Shown: positions 25,988 through 41,218, counted from the stretch's first letter. The stretch: 64,000 nucleotides of DNA from Haliotis rufescens (GCF_023055435.1 NW_025963791.1:7564001-7628000), one strand, 5' to 3'. Translations and numbers: made by a program. Notes: generated from the sequence alone by a model not told the origin.

Positions 25988-28900
25988 AATGCTTCGATAA
26001 TCTCGATAAATGAAGAGAGTACTGCAGTGCTGCTGTAGCTAGCTGAGACAATGTCAGACAATGGCGTGACATCACAATATCGCCTAATGACGTCATAGTG
26101 ACGTCTAGTCGGTAGATGTCGCTGTCCGTTCGGCGAAAATACCTTCGGAAGAAATCGGCATATTTCGTCTTGAGTGTGTTCCGATTGGTACACAGCCGAA
26201 ACATACTATGATCATGAGATGCGCCTTGTTCTTTGGTATTATTTCATGGGCTTATATCAAATGATTATGAACAATATCAATCCAAAAACTGTAAAAGGAA
26301 TTGGCGATATTTTCATGTGTTTTTTCAAATGTATTTCTTTTCTGAAAGAGATTTTTTTTTTATTGTGATCTATCAGTGGCATTTCACAATTGTATTTATA
26401 TCTGTAAACATGTGCTTGCGCAGGAAAGCAACAGGGAAATAGTTTGGTCAAGGCCAGATGAAAGTGTTGAAAAAACCCATTAAGGGTTGAAAAGTCCCTT
26501 CTGTGTTATCGGTAAAATGAGTGATTCAGTTGGGTTTTAAGGACGCATTTAACATAATTTCGGTTAAATAGCGGCGTGTCAGATGAATTATGTTTTTTTC
26601 TTAAACGTTTGTGAGGATGAAAACTCAGCATCGCTTCAAACTTCTTAGTTCGATACACGTCACTGAGTTACTCAAATATGGAAACTTCTACATCCTTCCG
26701 TATCTCTATTTTAGGTCTCAATTTGAAAACTGAAAATGACATGGACCAGTTATCCTTTTAAATTTCCCACCCTTTTTCTTGTTATTTTACGCCATGCACT
26801 GTTCATGATTATAGCAGATGGACCAGTTGTCTCGCGCGAGGCAAGACGCTGTGCAGACATGCGTCCTTCTTAGACGTACCATATACAGAATTCTCTGGTC
26901 GTCGGTTCTTGATTTGTAAGCACCATACAATAGGCTGGAGAATTCTCACTTAGCTTATGATAACATATGAATATGTTCCCGTGTTTGTTCAGGAGAACGC
27001 TTGACTTGCCTTTGTGTGTGTTTGTGACCGGTGAGGCAGGATATACTCCCCTTTTCGCCAACATCTGGTGTCATCACTATTTATTAGTGATTCAGAAATA
27101 CATCTTTATAATACATTCGGAATCGTACAATGGACGCTGCTTTTAGCAGAACTTTCTTATGATTATGGATAGAGTTTTGTCTATTATTTATGTCTATTAT
27201 ATAAGATATATATATATGTATATATGTTTTGTGTAGCCATCAATTCAACTAGCACCAAGGCCAGTACTAAGGGTATGCCCCCAGCCGATCACACAGGTCA
27301 TCAAAGGGTGTTGAATGAATCTAAAATATGTTGTATTCTTGTCCTGAAAAGATTAGTTTCAATTGAGTAGCCTCGTGGTTAAAGCTGTATTTGTTTGTTT
27401 GTTTGAGTTGTTGTTTAACACTGCTCTCAGCAATAATCCAGTTATATGACGGCGGTCTGTAAAATATCGAGTCTGGACCAGACAATCCAGTGATTGACAT
27501 CATGAAGATCGATACACGGAATTGTAATACGATGATATGCATCAACCAAGTCAGCGAGCCTGACCACCCGATCCCGTTAGTCGCCTTTTCGGCAAGCATG
27601 GGTTGCTGAAGACCTATTTTAACCAGGATCTTCACGGGTGAGTGGTAAAAGCGTTCTTAATGCCATAATAAATGTACAGTTGTAGGTGATTTAAAAAACA
27701 GAACAAAGAATATAACAGTATAATAAGACCATCCATTACAACACCATGTGTAGCAAAAGTTCAGTATGCAGTTTTCTTCAAACTGAAAGAAAACTGGTCA
27801 ACTTCACATGTCAATGCTGGAGAGATGTCCTGTTCAATTACTACGATTGTGGATGGTGGACATAAGTAGCATAGCTTTTGATATAACCTGGTGTAGAAAA
27901 GAAACGTTACCACCTGAAATTTGGACACGTTGTTTCCGAACCTTGAGCAGTGTTACATGCAAAATGGATGAGAATCAATCGCCTAAACACAACCAAAATA
28001 ATCTGCTGAGTGACACAGTACCCAGATCAATGGAAATTGAGTCTGAAGTGAAGATGCTGCTACAGGTGCAGCATGGCAACCAACAAACATACGGTTATTA
28101 AAGGAACGATGTACTGTTCATGCATACCCTAACCATTGGACAGTGACAAATAGCATGCCAAGATTAACGCTGCACCTGAGAGAACAAGGCGGAGATATGA
28201 TACATCAAGGAGCAATACATGACCAGGGCCCACTTGCAGAAAGCGATCTTAGCTCTACGACTATTGTAAGCCTATGTTAAAGAATAAGATTAGATCGCTT
28301 TGTGTAAGTGGGCCCAGGTCGCAAGGAGCTTTGCTGTAGCCGAATAACAGTCACCAGGCTCATGGCCCGTTTGGCCATCAATATTTTGTTATGTGTTTCT
28401 AATCTCCAACCTTAACCAACAAGAGAGCGGGCGGACCAACTTTGTAAAAAAGTAAACAATTTAAAAAGTGTTTTCAAATAATTGCGTAACATATTTTATG
28501 AAATTTTAAAGTTTAGAACACTTGGTAACAGCTCTTACTTTAATTTACTTCGAACCGTTAAATGTAGCGGCGTAATGGTTTGGGCCAAGTTAAGACAGAC
28601 CTTGTGATTTATGAAGGCAAATATATACTTCTGGACAGCGTTACATTGATCAAGTTCTCCGCCCTGTTGTACTACCGTTCTCATAAGAAAAATCCGGATC
28701 CTGTTTCAGCACGATAACACAAGGCCACATACAACGTCTCGCCTTCATCAGATAAGACTTATCACCCATAGAACACTCGTGGACCTCCTTGACCGTCAAA
28801 TTAGAGCACGGCCAGTTAGCCCTAAAACAGGGATCACAGAGCCCCGAGAAGACTGGCGTCGAATCCGTTAAAAACATGACTTTGCACACGAAATATTCGT

Positions 28901-30784
28901 TAATTATACGACAAAACAGGACTTTCTCGCGAATCCAAATTTGAATGTTGGTGCTGAAAAAGAAGAACAGTGTGTGTATCTTCTTCCGACATCAGGGGGA
29001 AGTCTCTTAGGGTGTCCTTACTTATGTTTGTGTTTCTCATCTACAAGATTTTCCAAGAGGGGGCCGGCGAGTGGGAAAAGAGAAAATAAGGAGAAAATAA
29101 ATGTTTATCCGCGACGTTACGAAGATTTAGTCATGGTCAAAGGGAGACAATTCAATCTATTTTTAATTCCATTGGGTAACGCTGTGGTCATTGTGGCACA
29201 ATGAATATCATAGTTACTGCAGTGCCGATTTACCCAAATGCATTTTGGCATAAACCCATATCCCATTAGATCAAAACTTTGACGACGGTACAATATATTT
29301 TTTTAGAATGGCAAGTGCAGACGACATGACGTATGCTTTAGGATTTAACGATCTAAAGCCTGGCATTGTTTTTTTGTTTAACGCCGCACTCAGTAATATT
29401 CCAGCTATATATCGGCCGTCTGTAAATAATCGAGTTTGGACCAGACAATCGAGTATTTGACATGAGCATCGATTCAATTCAACTGGGATACGATGACATG
29501 CATCAACCAAGTCAGCGAGCCTGACACCCGATCCCATGAGGCGCCTCTTAGGACAAACATAGTTCCCTTTTAGCGCAAGCATAGCTTGCTGAAGACCTAT
29601 TCTACCCAGGATCTTCACCGGTATGTATCTATATTATGAAATTGCTCAGTGGATGACCTTAGAAAATATGAGTATTGGTAAGTCCAGTCAGAGTTGATCT
29701 GTCATATATACTACTCATCATTTGCTAAGGACCACCCTTTGCCTAAAGATGACTTGTTTGGTTCTTAGCAAATGTTGAGTAGCATATATACACCAGGGAA
29801 AAGTCCAAGTCTTATCTTGCAGCTGTGTAAGTTTGCTATTATTTACCAACCGGAAGTCATGATTGGTTGGTTTATTGTTTAACGCTGCACTCAGCAATAT
29901 TCCAGCTATATGACGGCGGTCTGTAAATAATCGAGTCTGGACCAGACGATCCAGTGATTGAAATCATGAGCATCGATCAATTGGGATCGATGACATGCAT
30001 CAACCAAGTCAGTGAACCTGATGGTATGCAGAATAATATATGTTGCAGATTGATGGAATATTGTTGACCTTGGGCAGTCTATAGTTCTAAGTACAGAAAC
30101 TTGTATTGCTGGCACAGTGTCTCATCTGTGTTCCCTGTGCAGTAGGAGGTTGTTCCCCACTGTGTTGTATCATGTGCCATTGAAACGTTTTAGACTGCTG
30201 AAATTATCCATTACATAGTATCAAACACATAGGTTGATGCAAGTTGACTGAATATGAACCCATTATCTACATCGGCAAGTGATGGTGTTCTCAATACACC
30301 AGCTACATGTTCCCCACCATAGTTAGTAGAACGTCTATTTTACAAATTTATTTTTCCAGGAGGCGACTTGATGGTAGAGACACTGTTGATACTACGTGTT
30401 TCCACGAATCACATCATGCACTGATCATATTCTATCTTTAATAAGTACTTATGTAACTTGGGGTGTTTCCTGTCATTAAGGGGCATTGGGGAGCTTAGTG
30501 GGTAAAGCGTTCTCTCTTCCCATGTATAGGTACACTCTATGAAAGTCCACCTTCGGTGTCCCTGCCTCGATTGTGGAAGGATACTTCTAACAGCATAATT
30601 TAAATCACTAATGAATGGAAGGTGAACCATTGTCAATTTGTTCAAATTAATGGAACACATGTCCAATACATGTTGACAGATCTCTTGTAACTAGTGAAAA
30701 CCAACCATTGTTAACAAATAACGAAGACGTGGATATTGAACTGAAACAATTGTTATTACCACCATTAAAAAGGACTGAATTACA

Positions 30785-32515
30785 TTAACATTTGTTTCTT
30801 CTGAACAGTTTTGTAAAACGACCAAAGAAAGATTTTGACTTTTGTACATTTTGTTTCTGAATACAAGTTTCTATTAAATTAGTTGTGCTTGATGACATAT
30901 GTTTCTTTGATGACAGACTACTTTGAGAGAGTTCATGATGTCTTGTTGACCTATTGCCTTGTTCACGAGGCATGTCATTCTTTGATTGAACAATGTGGTC
31001 AAAACACGTGGTCTGTGTAGCCCCTGACCTCTGGACAAGCCCAACACCCTCTCCCTCTCCTGAATGTACACGCAGTCTTTCAGCTCTCAACATGTCCCTC
31101 TCCTTCACCAAGCGATCCACCTGCTCCCCAAGGGAGACTTTCTCCCCCGAGAGTTGTCTGACTTGTCTCTGAAGATGTTGGTTCTTCAGTTTCAGACATT
31201 GGGAACGGAGTCGAGCATCTCGTAGGTCAGCCCGGAGAATGTCCACATCAACCAGGACAGCCGTCAGCTGCACGTGAAGGTCGAGCTCTTTGCCAAGTTG
31301 TTTGTCCTTTTTACTACAGTCCCATTGGAATGGTGGCTCGGGACGAATAGGTCTTGGTTTTATTGTGACGTGTTTGGGAACCAAATTGTGGAATTCTGAA
31401 AACGCAATAATCGAATTTAGTATATAATCAATCAATCCAATTAACCGGGGGTTACAACAAGCACATTTGGAAATAGGGTCCTTTTGGATCAATCCCTTGA
31501 AATAGGTCAAATTACAAGTTTCTAGTATGCAGTCACAGGTAATACCACAAGGATCTAAACAATGTATTTGGAACGTTCTGCGCCCACTTCGGCCAGGTTC
31601 AATGTCTGCGCTCGGATTTTTATTTATTTTGTTTTTTACTCTTTGTCCCATTTCCAAACTTGGCCTTTCCCTTGTATTCAGATTACTGCCCATGGTCTGC
31701 TCTTTCCGCAGATACCATACCGTTAGCGGTTTTGTATATTGGTCTAGGGGTATAAAGGCCTACTGATCACTAAAAATCACCGAATATTTAGATTTTTCCA
31801 AGCCTTCTAATGGCTATAAAGTCAATATTTTGGTGGTTGTTTATTTATTTGACTGATACTGTCGAATGCACATTTCCAAGAGCTTTCAATATATCTATAA
31901 GTGATTGTATGGTTGCCAAAAAGGGTAACATGAGCAGCCCCTAAGCATTATGGTCGGAAACGTTTGGACCCGGCTTGGACATGCAGATGATATACATCTA
32001 CCGTATAGAATGAAGGAAATGGTAGACATAAAGTGGTTTATTCGGAAAACTTTTTCAATTGAAAAAATTGAAGTTGGAGAGTCGAATGCTGTTATGATAT
32101 ATAACGGCACATACCTGTCGGTTCTGTACGTGAAAAACACTCTGCCACCTCGGAATCAAACCCCTCACACCTCAGACGCCTAGCGACTGGTCTTGGCTTT
32201 ATTGTGGCGTATTTGGGAACCGAATCATGAAACTCTGAAATAGCAATAACCGGATTTAGTATAGAATCAATCCAACTGGCAAGACTAAATCAAATATCAC
32301 ATATACATCTATGGCATAAAATTAAGGAAGTGGTGCAAATGAAGTGGTTGATTCTGAAACCCTTTTCAATTTAGAGAATTAAAGTTGTAGAGTTGAACTC
32401 TGTTTTTACATATAAATGCATACACACCTGTCGGTTCTGTACGTGAAAAACACTCCGCCACCTCGGAATCAAAGCCCTCACACTCGGACACGGTCAGACG
32501 TCTGGTGACTGGCAT
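30785..32515 (-). CDS. Orphan repeat/coiled-coil protein, copy 3. Exons 32515-32428, 32234-32115, 31395-30785 (272 aa)
   Basis: Exon 2 carries an in-frame 9-bp deletion (120 bp); frame stays open. Confidence 0.78.
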
Positions 32516-35500
32516 AATGCTTCGATAATCTCGATAAATGAAGAGAGTACTGCAGTGCTGCTGTAGCTAGCTGAGACAATGTCAGACAATGGCGTGACGT
32601 CACAATATCGCCAAATGACGTCATAGTGACGTCTAGTCGGTAGATGGCGCTGTCCTTTCGGCGAAAATACTTTCGGAAGAAATCGGCATATTTCGTCTTG
32701 AGTGTGTTCCGATTGGTACATAACCGAAACATACCATGATCATGAGATGCTCTTTGTTATTTGGTATAATATCATGGGCTTATATCAAATGATTATGAAC
32801 AATATCAATCCAAAAACTGTAAAAGGAATTGGCGATATTTTCATGTGTTTTTTCAAATGTATTTCTTTTCTGAAAGAGATTTTTTTTTATTGTGAGCTAT
32901 CAGTGGCATTTCACAATAGTATTTATATCTGTAAACATATGCTTGCGCAGGAAAGCAACAGGGAAATAGTTTGGTCAAGGCCAGATGAAAGTGTTGAAAA
33001 AACTCATTAAGGGTTGAAAAGTCCCTTCTGTGTTACAGGTAAAATGAGTGATTCAGTTGGGTTTTAAGGACGCATGTAACATAATTTCGGTTAAATAGCG
33101 GCGTGTCAGATGGATTATGTTTTTTTCTTAAACGTTTGTGAGGATGAAACCTCAGCATCGCTTCAAACTTCTTAGTTCGATACACGTCACTGAGTTACTC
33201 AAATATGGAAACTTCTACATCCTTCCGTATCTATATTTTAGGTCTCAATTTGAAAACTGAAAATGACAAGGACCAGTTATCCTTTTAAATTTCCCACCCT
33301 TTTTCCTTGTTTTTTTACGCCATGCACTGTTCATGATTATAGCAGATGGACCAGTTGTCTCGCGCGCGTCAAGACGCTGTGCAGACATGCGTCCTTCTTA
33401 GACGTACCATATACAGAATTCTCTGGTCGTTGGTTCTTGATTTGTCAGCACCATACAATAGGCTGGAGAATTCTCACTTAGCTTATGATAACATATGAAT
33501 ATGTTCCCGTGTTTGTTCAGGCGAACGCTTGACTTGCCTTTGTGTGTGTTTGTGACCGCTGAGGCAGGATATACTCCCCTTTTCGCCATCATCTGGTGTC
33601 ATCACTATTTATTAGTGATTCAGAAATACATGTTTATAATACATTCGGAATCGTACAATGGACTCTGCTTTTAGCAGAACTTTCTTATGATTATGGAAAG
33701 AGTTTTGTCTATTATTTATGGAAGCTATATATGTATATATATATATGTTTTGTGTAGCCATCAATTCAACTAGCACCAAGGCCAGTACTAAGGGTATGCC
33801 CCCAGCCGATCACACAGGTCATCAAAGGGTGTTGAATGAATCTAAAATATGTTGTATTCTTGTCCTGAAAAGATTAGTTTCAATTGAGTAGCCTCGTGGT
33901 TAAAGCTGTATTTGTTTGTTTGTTTGAGTTGTTGTTTAACGCTGCTCTCAGCAATAATCCAGTTATATGACGGCGGTCTGTAAAATATCGAGTCTGGACC
34001 AGACAATCCAGTGATTGACATCATGAAGATCGATACACGGAATTGTAATACGATGATATGCATCAACCAAGTCAGCGAGCCTGACCACCCGATCCCGTTA
34101 GTCGCCTTTTCGGCAAGCATGGGTTGCTGAAGACCTATTTTTTTACCAGGATCTTCACGGGTGAGTGGTTAAAGCGTTCTTAATGCCATAATAAATGTAC
34201 AGTTGTAGGTGATTTAAAAAACAGAACAAAGAATATAACAGTATAATAAGACCATCCATTACAACACCATGTGTAGCAAAAGTTCAGTATGCAGTTTTCT
34301 TCAAACTGAAAGAAAACTGGTCAACTTCACATGTCAATGCTGGAGAGATGTCCTGTTCAATTACTACGATTGTGGATGGTGGACATAAGTAGCATAGCTT
34401 TTGATGTAACCTGGTGTAGAAAAGAAACGTTACCACCTGAAATTTGGACACGTTGTTTCCGAACCTTGAGCAGTGTTACATGCAAAATGGATGAGAATCA
34501 ATCGCCTAAACACAACCAAAATAATCTGCTGAGTGACACAGTACCCAGATCAATGGAAATTGAGTCTGAAGTGAAGATGCTGCTACAGGTGCAGCATGGC
34601 AACCAACAAACATACGGTTATTAAAGGAACGATGTACTGTTCATGCATACCCTAACCATTGGACAGTGACAAATAGCATGCCAAGATTAACGCTGCACCT
34701 GAGAGAACAAGGCGGAGATATGATACATCAAGGAGCAATACATGACCAGGGCCCACTTGCAGAAAGCGATCTTAGCTCTACGACTATTGTAAGCCTATGT
34801 TAAAGAATAAGATTAGATCGCTTTGTGTAAGTGGGCCGAGGTCGCAAGGAGCTTTGCTGTAGCCGAATAACAGTCACCAGGCTCATGGCCCGTTTGGCCA
34901 TCAATATTTTGTTATGTGTTTCTAATCTCCAACCTTAACCAACAAGAGAGCGGGCGGACCAACTTTGTAAAAAAGTAAACAATTTAAAAAGTGTTTTCAA
35001 ATAATTGCGTAACATATTTTATGAAATTTTAAAGTTTAGAACACTTGGTAACAGCTCTTACTTTAATTTACTTCGAACCGTTAAATGTAGCGGCGTAATG
35101 GTTTGGGCCAAGTTAAGACAGACCTTGTGATTTATGAAGGCAAATATATACTTCTGGACAGCGTTACATTGACCAAGTTCTCCGCCCTGTTGTACTATCG
35201 TTCTCATAAGAAAAATCCGGATCCTGTTTCAGCACGATAACACAAGGCCACATACAACGTCTTGCCTTCATCAGATAAGACTTATCACCCATAGAACACT
35301 CGTGGACCTCCTTGACCGTCAAATTAGAGCACGGCCAGTTAGCCCTAAAACAGGGATCACAGAGCCACGAGAAGACTGGCGTCGAATCCGTTAAAAACAT
35401 GACTTTGCACACGAAATATTCGTTAATTATACGACAAAACAGGACTTTCTCGCGAATCCAAATTTGAATGTTGGTGCTGAAAAAGAAGAACAGTGTGTGT

Positions 35501-37306
35501 ATCTTCTTCCGACATCAGGGGGAAGTCTCTTAGGGTGTCCTTACTTATGTTTGTGTTTCTCATCTACAAGATTTTCCAAGAGGGAGCCGGCGAGTGGGAA
35601 AAGAGAAAATAAGGAGAAAATAAATGTTTATCTGCGACGTTACGAAGATTTAGTCATGGTCAAAGGGAGACAATTCAATCTATTTTTAATTCCATTGGGT
35701 AACGCTGTGGTCATTGTGGCACAATGAATATCATAGTTACTGCAGTGCCGATTTACCCAAATGCATTTTGGCATAAACCCATATCCCATTAGATCAAAAC
35801 TTTGACGACGGTACAATATATTTTTTTAGAATGGCAAGTGCAGACGACATGACGTATGCTTTAGGATTTAACGATCTAAAGCCTGGCATTGTTTGTTTGT
35901 TTAACGCCGCACTCAGTAATATTCCAGCTATATATCGGCCGTCTGTAAATTATCGAGTTTGGACCAGACAATCGAGTATTTGACATGAGCATCGATTCAA
36001 TTCAACTGGGATACGATGACATGCATCAACCAAGTCAGCGAGCCTGACACCCGATCCCATGAGGCGCCTCTTAGGACAAACATAGTTCCCTTTTACGGCA
36101 AGCATGGGTTGCTGAAGACCTATTCTACCCAGGATCTTCACGGGTATGTATCTATATTATGAAATTGCTCAGTGGATGACCTTAGAAAATATGAGTATTG
36201 GTAAGTCCAGTCAGAGTTGATCTGTCATATATACTACTCATCATTTGCTAAGGACCACCCTTTGCCTAAAGATGACTTGTTTGGTTCTTAGCAAATGTTG
36301 AGTAGCATATATACACCAGGGAAAAGTCCAAGTCTTATCTTGCAGCTGTGTAAGTTTGCTATTATTTACCAACCGGAAGTCATGATTGGTTGGTTTGTTG
36401 TTTAACGCTGCACTCAGCAATATTCCAGCTATATGACGGCGGTCTGTAAAAAATCGAGTCTTGACCAGACGATCCAGTGATTGAAATCATGAGCATCGAT
36501 CAACTGGGATCGATGACATGCATCAACCAAGTCAGTGAACCTGATGGTATGCAGAATAATATATGTTGCAGATTGATGGAATATTGTTGACCTTGGGCAG
36601 TCTATAGTTCTAATTACAGAAACTTGTATTGCTGGCACAGTGTCTCATCTGTGTTCCCTGTGCAGTAGGAGGTTGTTCCCCACTGTGTTGTATCATGTGC
36701 CATTGAAACGTTTCAGACTGCTGAAATTATCCATTACATAGTATCAAACACATAGGTTGATGCAAGTTGACTGAATATGAACCCATTATCTACATCGGCA
36801 AGTGATGGTGTTCTCAATACACCAGCTACATGTTCCCCACCATAGATAGTAGAACGTCTATTTTACAAATTTGTATTTCCAGGAGACGACTTGATGGTAG
36901 AGACACTGTTGATACTACGTGTTTACACAATCACATCATGCACTGATTATATTCTATCTTTAATAAGTACTTATGTAACTTGGGGTGTTTCGTGTCATTA
37001 AGGGGCATTGGGGAGCTTAGTGGGTAAAGCGTTCTCTCTTCCCATGTATAGGTACACTCTATGAAAGTCCACCTTCGTAGTCCCTGCCTCGATAGTGAAA
37101 GGATACTTCTAAAAGCACCATTTAAATCACTAATGAATGGAAGGTGAACCATTGTCAATATGTTAAAATTAATGGAACACATGTCCAATACATGTTGACA
37201 GATCTCTTGTAACTAGTGAAAACCAACCATTGTTAACAAATAACGAAGACAATGCTCTTGAACTGAAACAATTGTTATTACCATCATTAAAAAGGACTGA
37301 ATTACA

Positions 37307-39044
37307 TTAACATTTGTTTCTTCTGAACAGTTTCGTAAAACGACCAAAGAAAGATTTTGACTTTTGTACATTTTGTTTCTGATTACAAGTTTCTATTAAA
37401 TTGGTTGTGCTTGATGACATATGTTTCTTTGATGACAGACTACTTTGAGAGAGTTCATGATGTCTTGTTGACCTGTTGTCTTGTTCACGAGGTATGTCAT
37501 TCTTTGATTGGACAATGTGGTCAAAGCACGTGGTCTGTGTAGCCCCTGACCACTGAACAAGTCCAATGCCCTCTCCCTCTCCTGAATGTACAAGTAGTCT
37601 TTCAGCTCTCAACATGTCCACCTCCTTCACCAAGCGATCCACCTGCTCCCCAAGGGAGACTTTCTCCCCCGAGAGTTGTCTGACTTGTCTCTGAAGATTT
37701 TGGTTCTTCAGTTTCAGACATTGGGAACGAAGTCGTGCATCTTGTAGGTCAGCCCGGAGAATATCCACATCAACCAGGACAGCCGTAAGCTGAACGTGGA
37801 GTTCGAGCTCTTTGCCAAGTTGTTTGTCCTTTTTACTACAGTCCCATTGGAATGGTGGCTCGGGACGAATATGTCTTGGTTTTATTGTGACGTGTTTGGG
37901 AACCAAATCGTGGAACTCTGAAAACGCAATAATCGAATTTAGTATATAATCAATTAATCCAATTAACCGGGGGTTACAACAAGGACATTTGGAAATAGGG
38001 TCCTTTTGGATCAATCCCTTGAAATAAGTCAAATTACAAGTTTCTAGTATGCAGTCACAGGTAATACCACAAGGATCTAAACAATGTATTTGGAACGTTG
38101 TGCGCTCACTTCGGCCAGGTTCATTGTCTGCGCTCGGATTTTTATTTATTTTGTTTTTTACTCTTTGTCCCATTTCCCAAATTCGCCTTTCCCTTGTATT
38201 CAGATTACAGCCCATGGTCTGCTCTTTCCGCAGATACCATACTGTTAGCGGTTTTGTATATTGGTCTTGGGCTAAAAAGGCCTACTGATCACTGAAAATC
38301 ACCGAATATTTTGATTTTTGCACACCTTCTAATGCCTATAAAGTCATTATGTTAGTGATTGTTCATTTATTTTACTGATACTGTCGAATCCACATGTCCA
38401 AGAGCTTTAAATATATCTTTAACAGATTGTAAGGTTTCTAAAAAGGGTAACTTGAGCAGCCCCTAAGCATTATGGTCGGAAACGTTTGGACCCGGCTTGG
38501 ACATGCAGATGATATACATCTACCGTATAAAATGAAGAGAATGGTAGACATAAAGTGGTTTATTCGGAAAACGTTTTCAATTGTAAGAATTACAGTTGGA
38601 GAGTCGAATGCTGTTATGATATATAACGGCACATACCTGACGGTTCTGTACGTGAAAAACACTCCGCCACCTCGGAATCAAACCCCTCACACCCGGACAC
38701 GGTCAGATGCCTGGCGACTGGTTTTGGTTTTATTGTGACGTATTTGGGAACCGAATCATGAAACTCTGAAATAGCAATAACCGGATTAAGTATAGAATCA
38801 ATCCAACTGGCAAGTCTAAATCAAATATCACATATACATCTATGGCATAAAATTAAGGAAGTGATGCAAATGAAGTGGTTGATTCTGAAAACCTTTTCAA
38901 TTTAAAGAATTGAAGTTGTAGAGTTGAACTCTGTTATTATATATAACGGCACACACCTGTCGGTTCTGTACGTGAAAAACACTCCTCCACCTCGGAATCA
39001 AAGCCCTCACACTCGGACACGGTCAGACGTCTGGTGACTGGCAT
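37307..39044 (-). CDS. Orphan repeat/coiled-coil protein, copy 4. Exons 39044-38957, 38765-38637, 37917-37307 (275 aa)
   Basis: Most diverged tandem copy, still open, with conserved splice sites. Confidence 0.78.
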
Positions 39045-40496
39045 AATGCTTCGATAATCTCGATAAATGAAGAGCGTACTGCAGGGCTGCTGTAGCTAGC
39101 TGAGACAATGTCAGACAATGTCGTGACGTCACAAGATCGCCCAATGACGTCATAGTGACGTCTAGTCGGTAGATGGCGCTGTCCTTCGGAAGATATCGGC
39201 ATATTTCGTCTTGAGTGTGTTCCGATTGGTACACAGCCGAAACATACCATGATCATGAGATGTGCTTTGTTATTTGCTATAATATCATGGGCTTATATCA
39301 AATCATTTTGAACAATATCAATCCAAAAACTGTAAAAGGAATTGGCGATGTTTTCATGTGTTTTTTCAAATGTATTTCTTTTCTGGAAGAGATTTTTTTT
39401 TTATTGTGAGCTATCAGTGGCATTTCACAATTGTATTTATATCTGTAAACATATGCTTGCGCAGGAAAGCAACAGGGAGATAGTTTGATCAAGGCCAGAT
39501 GGAAGTGTTGAAAAAACTCATTAAGGGTTGAAAAGTCCCTTCTGTGTTACAGGTAAAATGAGTGATTCAGTTGGGTTTTAAGGACGCATTTAACATAATT
39601 TCGGTTAAATAGCGGCAAGATGAATTATGTTTTTTTCTTAAACGTTTGTGAGGATGAAAACTCAGCATCGCTTCAAACTTCTTAGTTCGATACACGTCAC
39701 TGAGTTACTCAAATATGGAAACTTCTACATCCTTCCGTATCACTATTTTAAGTCTCAATTTGAAAACTGAAAATGACATGGACCAGTTATCCTTTTAAAT
39801 TTCCCACCCTTTTTCTTTGTATTTTACGCCATGCACTGTTCATGATTATAGCAGATGGACCAGTTGTCTCGCGCGCGTCAAGACACTGTGCAGACATGCG
39901 TCCTTCCTAGACGTACCATACACAGAATACTCTGGTCGTTGGTTCTTGATTTGTCAGCACCATACAATAGGCTGGAGAATTCTCACTTAGCTTATGATAA
40001 CATATGAATATGTTATCGTGTTTGTTCAGGCGAACGCTTGACTTGCATTTGTGTGTGTTTGTGACCGGTGAGGCAGTATATACCCCCATTTTAGCCAACA
40101 TCTGGTGTCATCACTATTTATTAGTGATTCACAAATACATGTTTATAATACATTCGGAATCGTACAATGGACTCTGCTTTTAGCAGAACTTTCTAATGAT
40201 TATGGAGTTTTGTCTATTATGTATTGAAGCTATATATATGTTTTGTGTAGCCATCAATTCAACTGTCACCAAGGCCAGTACTAAGGGTATGCCCCCAGCC
40301 GATCACACAGGTCATCCAAGGGTGTTGAATAAATCTAAAATATGTTGTATTCTTGTCCTGAATAGATTAGTTTCAATTTAGTAGCCTCGTGGTTAAAGCT
40401 GTATTTGTTCGTCTTTGTTTTTTGTTGTTTAACGCAATGCATGACCAGGGCCCACTTGCACAAATCTTAGCTCTACGACTATTGTAAGCCTATGTT

Positions 40497-40785
40497 AGTA
40501 GTTGTGTACATCTGTCTGGAACCGCTCAGGATTACAGAACTGCTCAGGATTACAGAACCGCTCAGGATTTCAGAACCGCTCCTGGCTTCTGATTGGTCGA
40601 GAGGATCACGTGACCTCTGTGACGTCACTTCCGGTCACGTGACCTGCGCATGCGCGCGGGGCATGATGGGACTTGCGCGCGCATCCAAGATGGCGGCACT
40701 TCCGTTTCCGGTCACGTGACCTGCACAGTGCATGATGGGTCCTGCGTGCGCCTCCAGTAGGGCGTCACATCCTTTTCCGGTGGCA
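40497..40785 (+). repeat. Left TIR of the Polinton (truncated internally)
   Basis: Reverse complement of 49756-50008, plus two extra copies of the 18-mer GAACCGCTCAGGATTACA. Confidence 0.95.
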
Positions 40786-41153
40786 ATACGAAAGAAGAAG
40801 AAACCGAAGTGCTGCGATGGTTCACCAAGAAAAGTCATCACCGAAACACATCTGTGCTGTATCTCACTCAGAACTTGTTTGCTCAATCGCCGCAACATCG
40901 CACCATCAGTCTGAATGCTCACTACATGGTCCTCTTTAAAAATCCGAGAGATGCATCGCAGATCGACAGTCTGGCTCGCCAGGTGTTTCCAGGCAAAGTT
41001 CCTTTTCTGAGTGAAGCCTATGAAGACGCTACCCGAGAGCCTTACACTTACCTGTTCTTGGACTTGAAGCCCACCACGTTGCAAGACCATCGCGTACACG
41101 CCGGCCTGTTTTCGAGATCCGAATTACCCCTCGTGTATGTGCCGATCCTATGA
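40786..41153 (+). pseudogene. FtsK/A32-like packaging ATPase, C-terminal half only
   Basis: FTKKSHHRNTSVLYLTQNLF..RTISLNAHYMVLFKNPRDASQI..LARQVFP..AYEDAT..PYTYLFLDL. Walker A and B are missing; the fragment is fused directly to the TIR. Confidence 0.92.
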
Positions 41154-41218
41154 GATGAAGAGATTTTCATAAAAGGAGGTGAAACCTCAGACCTTCCTTC
41201 AGTTGACCTACATCCATC

